This document shows positions 26,882 through 33,482 of a DNA stretch of 33,482 nt, piece by piece. A program made the position numbers and the translations under genes. The notes under the pieces were generated by a model, which saw only the letters and a program-made list of their open reading frames with translations, did no database searches and was not told the origin of the DNA. The first letter of the stretch is position 1. Each line of letters opens with the position of its first letter. The stretch lies in the NCBI GenBank assembly GCA_963583595.1, contig CAUZWC010000003.1:1-33482 (forward strand), written 5' to 3'. Source of the stretch: Alphaproteobacteria bacterium. Its GTDB lineage: Bacteria > Pseudomonadota > Alphaproteobacteria > CADEGL01.

Positions 26882-29796
26882 GTGCCGACAGGATCATGGA
26901 GCGCCTGCCGCCCCGGCCCGGCGAATGGCTCGACCGGGATCGCGAGATCGCCTTCGCCTTCGAGGGCCGGTGCCATAACGGCTTCGCGGGCGATACCATC
27001 GCCAGCGCCCTGGCGGCCGACGGCGTCTCGCTGCTCTCGCGCTCCTTCAAATACCGCCGGCCGCGCGGCGCGCTAACCATGGCGGGGCAGGACGCCAACA
27101 CCCTGGTCCAGCTTCCGGGCGAGCCCAACACCCTGGCCGATATGCGCGGGATCGAGCCGGGCATGGCCGCGTTCGGCCAGAATTACGACGGCTCGCTCGA
27201 GGCCGACCGGGGCCGTTGGGTCGAATGGCTCGGCCGCTTCATGCCGGTCGGCTTCTACTACAAGGCCTTCTACAAGCCCTTCGGCGCCTGGCGGCGCTGG
27301 GAGCCCTTCATCCGCCGCAAGGCGGGCCTCGGCGTCATCGACACGGAGGCCCTCCACGCCTATCACGACAAGGCCTACGGCTTCTGCGACGTCGCCGTGA
27401 TCGGTGGCGGCCCGGCGGGCCTTGCCGCCGCTGCCCAGGCGGCCGAGGCGGGGGCCGAGGTGCTGCTGATCGAAGAGGGCGCGCGGCTCGGCGGCAGTCT
27501 CACCTATGCCCGGTTCGATCCGGAGGGCGCGCGCGCCTCGCGGGAGGCCGAAGCCCTGATCGGGGCCGTCGAGGGCGCGGACCGGATCGAGGTCATGACC
27601 GAGGCCGTCTGCAACGGCTGGTTCGCCGATCATTTCCTGCCCGTGATCCGGGGCAACCGGCTGTACAAGATCCGCGCCAAGCAGGTCGTGGTCGCGACCG
27701 GGTCGATGGAGCAGCCGATCGTCTTCCGGGGCAACGACACCCCGGGCGTGATGATGGGCTCCGCCGCCCAGCGCCTGATCCGCCGCCATGCCGTCCGGCC
27801 CGGCCGTCGCGCCGTGGTCGCCACGGCCAATGGCGACGGCTACGGCGTGGCGCTCGACCTGATCGATTCCGAGGTCGCGGTCCTGGCCGTGCTAGACCTG
27901 CGCGAAGACCCGCCCGCCTGCCCCCGCTCCGACGCCCTGCGTGCGCGGGGCGTGCCGGTTCTGGCCGGCCACACGCCCTGGGAGGCCTGGGCCGGCCCGG
28001 ACCACCGCCTCGCCGGGCTCCAAGTCGCGGGGATAACGGGGCAGGGCACGGCCCGACCGGGCGAACGCATCCTCTGCGACCTGCTCTGCGTCAGCGTGGG
28101 CTATACCCCCGCCGCCCATATCGCCTGCCATGCCGGGGCGATGCTGCGCTACGACCCGGCCCTCGGCATGTTGGCTTTGGCCGAGTGCCCGGACGGCATC
28201 CACCCGGCGGGCTCCGCGGCCGGGGCTTTCGATCTTGACGCTGCCATCGCCCAGGGCCGCCTCGCCGGCTGGAACGCCGCGCGGACGGCGGGTTTCGAGG
28301 GCGCGGCGGAACCGCCCGCCCCGGGCGATCTCGGCGCGGAGCAGGTCAGCCATCCCTGGCCGATCTTTCCCCATCCCAAGGGCAAGGATTTCGTCGATTT
28401 CGACGAGGACCTCCAGGTCAAGGACATCCGCAACGCGGTGGCCGAGGGCTACGAGGATATCGAACTGCTCAAGCGTTTCTCGACCGCCGGAATGGGCCCC
28501 AGCCAGGGCCGCCACACGGCGGCAAACCTGGCGCGCCTCGCCGCCGAAGCGGCGGGCCGCGATCTCGCCGAGATGGGCGCGACGACGGTTCGCCCGCCCT
28601 ATACGGCGGAAAGCTTCGGCATCCTCGCCGGGCGGGGCTTCGAGCCGGAGCGGCGCAGCGCCATGCACCATCGTCATATCGAGGCAGACGCGCAGATGAT
28701 GCTCGCCGGCCTCTGGCAGCGCCCGGCCTTCTACGGCTCCGAGCGCGACCGCGAAGAATGCATCGAGGCGGAGGCGATGGCGGTGCGGACGGGGGTTGGG
28801 CTGATCGACGTTTCCACCCTGGGCGGGCTCGAAATTCGCGGCCCCGACGCCGCCGAGTTCCTGAACCGCATGTACACCTTCGCCTATGCCAAGCAGGCGG
28901 TGGGCCGGGCGCGCTACGTCCTCATGTGCGGCCCCTCGGGCGCGGTGATCGACGACGGCGTCGCCTGCCGTTTCCATGACAATCATTTCTACGTCACCGC
29001 GACAACGGGCGGGGTCGAAGGGGTCTATCGCCAGATGCTCTGGTTCAACGCCCAATGGCGTCTCGACGTGGACGTCACCAACGTCACTGCCGCCTATGCC
29101 GGGGTGAATATCGCCGGGCCGTCGAGCCGCGCCGTCTTGGCCCCGCTTTGCCCCGATCTCGATCTTTCGGCCGAGGCTTTTCCCTATATGGGCGTGCGTG
29201 TGGGCACGGTCGCGGGCATTCCCGCGCGCCTGCTGCGCGTCGGCTTCGTGGGCGAGCTGGGGTACGAAATCCACGTCCCGGCCAGCTACGGCGAAGCCCT
29301 GTGGGACGCCCTGATGGATGCGGGCGAGGCGGCCGGTATCCTGCCCTTCGGGGTCGAGGCCCAGCGTCTGCTGCGCCTGGAGAAGGGCCATATCATCATC
29401 GGCCAGGACACGGACGGCGAGACCACGCCGCAGGAGGCCGATATGGTCTGGGCCCTGGCCCGCAAGAAGCCCTTCTATGTCGGCGAGCGGGCGCTCCGCA
29501 TCCAGGCCGCGCGGCCCTTGAAGCGCAAGCTGATCGGTTTTGCCATGGCGAGTCCTCGGGACGCGGCCCCGGCCGAAAGCCATCTCGTCATCCGCGACGG
29601 TACGATCACGGGCCGCGTCACCTCGGCCGCCTTCTCGCCTATCCTCGGCAAGGTCATCGGCCTCGCCTATGTCGCGCCCGCCCAGGCCGAGCCCGGCACA
29701 CGCTTCACGATCCGCTCCCATGGCGGACGCATGGCCCTGGCCGAGGTCGTGTCCTTGCCGCATTACGATCCCGACAACGCACGGCAGGAGGGTTAG
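26878..29796 (+). CDS. mgdC: N-methylglutamate dehydrogenase subunit C (sarcosine oxidase alpha-like)
   Basis: GDTIASAL, SRSFKY.RPRG, GGGPAG, GMGPSQG, GcvT-like DVSTLG, GELGYEI, LRLEKG. ATGA overlap with mgdB sets the start at 26878. Confidence 0.9.
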   Translation: MSADRIMERLPPRPGEWLDRDREIAFAFEGRCHNGFAGDTIASALAADGVSLLSRSFKYRRPRGALTMAGQDANTLVQLPGEPNTLADMRGIEPGMAAFGQNYDGSLEADRGRWVEWLGRFMPVGFYYKAFYKPFGAWRRWEPFIRRKAGLGVIDTEALHAYHDKAYGFCDVAVIGGGPAGLAAAAQAAEAGAEVLLIEEGARLGGSLTYARFDPEGARASREAEALIGAVEGADRIEVMTEAVCNGWFADHFLPVIRGNRLYKIRAKQVVVATGSMEQPIVFRGNDTPGVMMGSAAQRLIRRHAVRPGRRAVVATANGDGYGVALDLIDSEVAVLAVLDLREDPPACPRSDALRARGVPVLAGHTPWEAWAGPDHRLAGLQVAGITGQGTARPGERILCDLLCVSVGYTPAAHIACHAGAMLRYDPALGMLALAECPDGIHPAGSAAGAFDLDAAIAQGRLAGWNAARTAGFEGAAEPPAPGDLGAEQVSHPWPIFPHPKGKDFVDFDEDLQVKDIRNAVAEGYEDIELLKRFSTAGMGPSQGRHTAANLARLAAEAAGRDLAEMGATTVRPPYTAESFGILAGRGFEPERRSAMHHRHIEADAQMMLAGLWQRPAFYGSERDREECIEAEAMAVRTGVGLIDVSTLGGLEIRGPDAAEFLNRMYTFAYAKQAVGRARYVLMCGPSGAVIDDGVACRFHDNHFYVTATTGGVEGVYRQMLWFNAQWRLDVDVTNVTAAYAGVNIAGPSSRAVLAPLCPDLDLSAEAFPYMGVRVGTVAGIPARLLRVGFVGELGYEIHVPASYGEALWDALMDAGEAAGILPFGVEAQRLLRLEKGHIIIGQDTDGETTPQEADMVWALARKKPFYVGERALRIQAARPLKRKLIGFAMASPRDAAPAESHLVIRDGTITGRVTSAAFSPILGKVIGLAYVAPAQAEPGTRFTIRSHGGRMALAEVVSLPHYDPDNARQEG

Positions 29797-29799
29797 GGG

Positions 29800-30504
29800 A
29801 TGGCGCGCCTGAACCCCACCGATCTGCCACGGCGCAGCCCGCTCTACCGGACCCTCGTAGAGGCCGGCGCCAGCTTCGCGCCCGTCGGCGACGGCGCGAT
29901 CGCCGAAGCCTTCGGCAAGGAGGATTCTGCCGCGGCCCGGACCCTCGGCCTCGCCGATCTCAGCCCGCTGCCGCGCGCTGGTTGGAAAGGGCGGGGCGCC
30001 CTGGCTTGGCTGGCGGAAGGAGGAGTGACCGGCCTCGATACGGACAACCGCGCCGTGCCCCAGGCGAATGGTCTCCTCGCCCTGCGCCTCGCGCCGACCG
30101 AAGCGGTCCTGCTCGTGTCCTTCGACGGCGATACGGCGGCGCTGGACGGGATCGCCGCCGGTTGGAGCATCGACACGGCCGGGCTCTGCTTTCCCGTGCC
30201 GCGCATGGAGTCGAGCTTCCGCTTTGCCGTCACGGGCGAGCAAGGGGCCGCGATGTTCGCCAAGCTCTGCGCCGTCGATCTGCGGCCGCGCGCCTTTCCC
30301 GATCTGGCCATCGCCCAGACCTCGGTCGCGCGGATGAACGCGGTCGTCTGCCGGCGCGACCGGGGCGGCGTGCTGGGCTACGAAATTCTCGGCGAATGGG
30401 CCTCGGCCGAATATCTCTGGGCCTGCCTGCTCGACGCGATGCAGGAATTCGGCGGCCGTCCGGTCGGCCGCGCCGCCCTGGCCGCGTTGGAGACGTCGGG
30501 TTGA
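29800..30504 (+). CDS. mgdD: N-methylglutamate dehydrogenase subunit D (sarcosine oxidase gamma-like)
   Basis: LADLSPLPR.GWKG, MFAKLCAVDLR, AQTSVAR, YLW.CLLDAM.EF. Confidence 0.88.
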   Translation: MARLNPTDLPRRSPLYRTLVEAGASFAPVGDGAIAEAFGKEDSAAARTLGLADLSPLPRAGWKGRGALAWLAEGGVTGLDTDNRAVPQANGLLALRLAPTEAVLLVSFDGDTAALDGIAAGWSIDTAGLCFPVPRMESSFRFAVTGEQGAAMFAKLCAVDLRPRAFPDLAIAQTSVARMNAVVCRRDRGGVLGYEILGEWASAEYLWACLLDAMQEFGGRPVGRAALAALETSG

Positions 30505-31118
30505 GCGCGGCGGGCGATTTCCAAGATCCCCATGGCGGCAACCGCGACAGCCTGGAAGCGGCGATCGGGCGCGAGGTGCGGTCCTTCCGCAAGCAGCTCG
30601 GCATGACGGTGGTCGAACTGGCGCGGAGCGCCGGCCTCTCGCCCGGGATGCTGTCCAAGATCGAGAACGGCGTGACCTCGCCCTCCCTCGCCACCATCAA
30701 GGCGCTGTCGGAAGCCCTGCACGTTCCCGTGACGGCGCTCTTCCGCCGCTTCGAGGAGGGCACGGACGCGACCTTCGTGAAGGCGGGCGAGGGACTGACG
30801 ATCGAGCGGCGGGGCACCCGCACCGGGCACCAGTATCAATTGCTCGGCCATGCGCTCGGCTCCTCCGTCGCGGTCGAGCCCTATCTCATCACCCTGACCG
30901 AGGAATCCGACGTTTTCCCGCTCTTCCAGCATGCCGGGATGGAATTCATCCATGTCCTGGAGGGGCGCATGACCTATCGCCATGGCGACAAGACCTATCC
31001 GATGGCGCCGGGCGATTCGCTGTTCTTCGACGCCCAGGCGCCCCACGGCCCGGATGCCTTGGAAAAGCTGCCCATCCGCTTCCTCTCGGTCATTTCCTAC
31101 GGGCGGAGTGAGGATTGA
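30501..31118 (+). CDS. XRE-family HTH plus cupin transcriptional regulator
   Basis: LE.AIGREVR, GLSPGMLSKIENG.TSPSL, GHQYQLLG, FQH.G.EF, PGDSLFFDA..PHGP. TTG start overlapping the mgdD stop is inferred. Confidence 0.9.
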   Translation: MSAAGDFQDPHGGNRDSLEAAIGREVRSFRKQLGMTVVELARSAGLSPGMLSKIENGVTSPSLATIKALSEALHVPVTALFRRFEEGTDATFVKAGEGLTIERRGTRTGHQYQLLGHALGSSVAVEPYLITLTEESDVFPLFQHAGMEFIHVLEGRMTYRHGDKTYPMAPGDSLFFDAQAPHGPDALEKLPIRFLSVISYGRSED

Positions 31119-31121
31119 ACG

Positions 31122-31140
31122 ATGTTCGCAATGGGAACAT
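31122..31140. promoter_or_regulatory. Candidate operator palindrome upstream of mgsA
   Basis: ATGTTCGCA-A-TGGGAACAT (8 of 9 arm positions complementary), followed by an AT-rich tract, 55 nt before the ATG. Confidence 0.5.
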
Positions 31141-31194
31141 TATTTTCTTTCTGGTAGAATAGAGCCTTCAACCTCGGACTCAGGAAACGCCATC

Positions 31195-32094
31195 ATGTGC
31201 GGCATCGTCGGCTTGTTCGTGAAGAATCCGGAGCAGCGCGCGGACCTCGGCGCCAATCTCTCGCGCATGCTGGTCGGCATGACCGATCGCGGCCCCGACA
31301 GCGCGGGCATCGCGGTCTATCACGACCCCAGCGCGTCGGGCTGGTGCAAGCTCACCCTGTTCCATCCCGACGAGACCTATGCCTGGCGCGCCATGGCCGG
31401 CGAATTGGCGGCCGCCCTGGACGAGGAGACGGATGTCTTCCTCAAGGCCAACCATGCCGTGCTTTCGGCCGAGGCGGAGGAGGGCGAAGTCCGCGCCTGG
31501 CTCGCCGCCCATCATCCCGAAATCCGCATCATGGGCTACGGCACCCTGATGGAGGTTTACAAGGATAAGGGCAAGCCGGCTTCGGTGGTCGACAAATACG
31601 GCATCGCCGGGATGGCCGGCACCCACGGTATCGGCCATACCCGCATGGCGACGGAAAGCGCGGTGACGACCGAGCATTCCCATCCCTTCACCGCCGCCTC
31701 GGACATGTGCCTTGTCCATAACGGCTCGCTCAGCAACCACAACCGGCTGCGCCTCTGGCTCCAGCGCCGCGGCCAGGTCTTCGAAAGCGACAACGACACG
31801 GAGGTCGCCGCCCGTTATTTTGCCCATCGTCTGGGTGAGGGGGCCAGCCTGCGCGAGGCGATGGAGGCGGGACTCAAGGATCTCGACGGCTTCTACACCT
31901 TCGCCATGGGCACGCGTGACGGCTTCGCGGTGCTGCGCGACGGCATCGCCTGCAAGCCCGCCGTCCTGGCCGAGACCGACGACTGGGTCGCCATGGCCTC
32001 GGAATATCGCAGCCTGGCCGGTCTGCCGGGAGTCGCGGATGCCAAGGTCTGGGAGCCGGAACCCACAGTGGTCTATAGCTGGAGCCTGAATTGA
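31195..32094 (+). CDS. mgsA: N-methylglutamate synthase subunit A (class II glutamine amidotransferase, GlxB)
   Basis: N-terminal MCGIVG nucleophile, RGPDSAG, GHTRMATES, VHNGSLSNH, NDTEVAA; AGGA RBS. Confidence 0.9.
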   Translation: MCGIVGLFVKNPEQRADLGANLSRMLVGMTDRGPDSAGIAVYHDPSASGWCKLTLFHPDETYAWRAMAGELAAALDEETDVFLKANHAVLSAEAEEGEVRAWLAAHHPEIRIMGYGTLMEVYKDKGKPASVVDKYGIAGMAGTHGIGHTRMATESAVTTEHSHPFTAASDMCLVHNGSLSNHNRLRLWLQRRGQVFESDNDTEVAARYFAHRLGEGASLREAMEAGLKDLDGFYTFAMGTRDGFAVLRDGIACKPAVLAETDDWVAMASEYRSLAGLPGVADAKVWEPEPTVVYSWSLN

Positions 32095-32774
32095 CCGAGT
32101 TCGACCTCGCCGCAGCGCCGATCCGGGAGCTCAATTCCCGGCTACACAAGCTGCCGCCGGACACCAACGAGCGCGCCTGGCGTATCGTCAATCCGCGCGG
32201 CGCCCATAGCATCGCGGTCGGCCTGACCCAACCCATCGAGGTCCGGATCGCGGGCCATGTCGGCTACTACTGCGCGGGGATGAACAAGGAGGCCACGGTC
32301 GTGATCGACGGCCAATGCGGCTGGGGCCTGGCCGAGAACATCATGAGCGGCACGGTCCGCGTCACCGGCAACGCCTCGCAAGGCGTCGCGGCGACCGGGC
32401 GCGGCGGGCTGGTGGTGGTCGAGGGCGATGCCGGCGCGCGCTGCGGCGTCTCGATGAAGGGCGTCGATATCGTCGTCGCCGGCTCGATCGGCCATATGAG
32501 CGCCTTCATGGCCCAGCGCGGCCGCCTCGTGGTCTGCGGCGATGCCGGCGACGATCTGGGCGATTCGATCTACGAGGCGGTGATCTATGTCGGCGGCAAG
32601 ACCGGCCGCCTGGGCGCCGATTGCGTCGAGAAGGAGATGACGGCGGAGCATGTCGCCGATCTGCGCGCCCTACTGGAACGCGCCGGCATCGAGGCCGACC
32701 CGACAAAATTCCGCCGCTTCGGCTCGGCCCGTAAGCTCTACCATTTCAATGTCGACCACGCCGATTCGTACTGA
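32091..32774 (+). CDS. mgsB: N-methylglutamate synthase subunit B (GXGXG domain, GlxC)
   Basis: GHVGYYCAGMN, AENIMSG, RCGVSMKG.DIVV, GSARKLYHF; TTGA overlap. Confidence 0.92.
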   Translation: MTEFDLAAAPIRELNSRLHKLPPDTNERAWRIVNPRGAHSIAVGLTQPIEVRIAGHVGYYCAGMNKEATVVIDGQCGWGLAENIMSGTVRVTGNASQGVAATGRGGLVVVEGDAGARCGVSMKGVDIVVAGSIGHMSAFMAQRGRLVVCGDAGDDLGDSIYEAVIYVGGKTGRLGADCVEKEMTAEHVADLRALLERAGIEADPTKFRRFGSARKLYHFNVDHADSY

Positions 32775-32820
32775 GGACGGCTGTCTCGAATGATGGATAT
32801 CCAAGCGAATCACCGGGTTT

Positions 32821-32904
32821 CCCCCACCTCACCCCCTCCCTCTCCGCCCCCGGGGGCGGAGAGGGAGGGACCCGCCGCGCAGCGGTGGGAGGGTGAGGTG
32901 GGGG
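32821..32904. repeat. Nested palindromic element (purine/pyrimidine-skewed, MITE/REP-like)
   Basis: 14-bp terminal inverted repeats CCCCCACCTCACCC / GGGTGAGGTGGGGG enclose a perfect 36-bp palindrome (32834-32869) and a second hairpin (32871-32889). Confidence 0.88.
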
Positions 32905-32950
32905 TGTGGCACGCCGCCTCGCTGGTAAACACCGTTCAAAGGCCAGTCTC

Positions 32951-33482
32951 ATGACCGTCGATCCGCGAAACCTGCGCGAAAGCGCGACCTTTCCCCGCGA
33001 GGTGCTGGCCGAAATTCACCGGGCCGCCGATCAGGGGGTCTACGACATCCGAGGCTTCGGCGCGAAGCGGCGCCTGCCCAGCTTTGACGATCTCGTCTTC
33101 CTGGGCGCCTCGGTCTCGCGCTACCCGCTCGAGGGCTACCGCGAGCGCTGCGACACCAATGTCGTCCTGGGCGACCGTTTCGCCGAGCAGCCCATCGAAC
33201 TCAAGATCCCGATCACCATTGCGGGGATGAGCTTTGGCGCCCTGGGCGCCAACGCCAAGGAGGCCATCGGCCTGGCCTGCACCGAGATGGGCACCAGTTC
33301 GACCACCGGCGACGGCGGCATGACCGAGGAGGAGCGCCGCTCCTCCAAAACCCTAGTCTATCAGGTCCTCCCCTCGCGCTACGGCATGGACCCCGACGAC
33401 CTGCGCCGGGCCGACGCCATCGAGGTGGTGATCGGCCAGGGTGCGAAGCCCGGCGGCGGCGGCATGCTGCTGGGCCAGAAGA
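32951..33482 (+). CDS. mgsC: N-methylglutamate synthase subunit C (FMN-binding glutamate synthase family, GlxD), partial
   Basis: Not in the ORF track. Translates MTVDPRNLRESATF...YDIRGFGAKR..FDDL.FLGASVSRYPLEGYRE...AGMSFGAL...TTGDGGM...GQGAKPGGGGMLLGQK and runs off the window. Confidence 0.92.
   Translation, partial: MTVDPRNLRESATFPREVLAEIHRAADQGVYDIRGFGAKRRLPSFDDLVFLGASVSRYPLEGYRERCDTNVVLGDRFAEQPIELKIPITIAGMSFGALGANAKEAIGLACTEMGTSSTTGDGGMTEEERRSSKTLVYQVLPSRYGMDPDDLRRADAIEVVIGQGAKPGGGGMLLGQK

Noticed and set aside
27892-30243. Long antisense or alternate-frame ORFs (783 aa here; also 17618-19729, 14804-16795, 12046-13779, and the N-terminal part of 29055-31118)
   Set aside because: These are Arg/Pro/Gly-rich shadow frames expected in high-GC DNA. 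They overlap well-supported genes and show no motifs.

Overview
High-GC, alphaproteobacterial-looking chromosomal segment (Rhodospirillales-like by gene style; inference), densely packed with metabolic genes. The left two-thirds holds amino-acid/amine catabolic and accessory genes: DUF1989, CaiD-like crotonase, ArsC/Spx, two DAO-family flavoproteins, an enolase-superfamily enzyme, a DapA-family aldolase/deaminase, a methionine gamma-lyase-like enzyme, TSUP, three SDRs, an MDR, a DUF6152/DUF6644-like pair, NfeD/SPFH, MFS, DksA/TraR, Sel1, YqgE, a cupin, two DMTs and RraA. The right third is an N-methylglutamate methylamine-utilisation cluster (mgdABCD, XRE-cupin regulator, mgsABC/glxBCD) running off the window. 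Several things are missed or split by the ORF track: an APC permease pseudogene, a decayed flagellin-like gene abutting a truncated uracil permease, a P4-type integrase N-terminal scar just upstream of mgdA, a probable homopolymer frameshift at the left edge, and four REP-like palindromic elements. I saw no rRNA, tRNA, CRISPR array or intact mobile element. I cannot demonstrate a new system. The best leads are the MGL-like enzyme with altered specificity residues in an enolase/DapA/oxidase neighbourhood, and the His-His exported protein plus membrane partner. All family calls come from motif recognition, not database searches.
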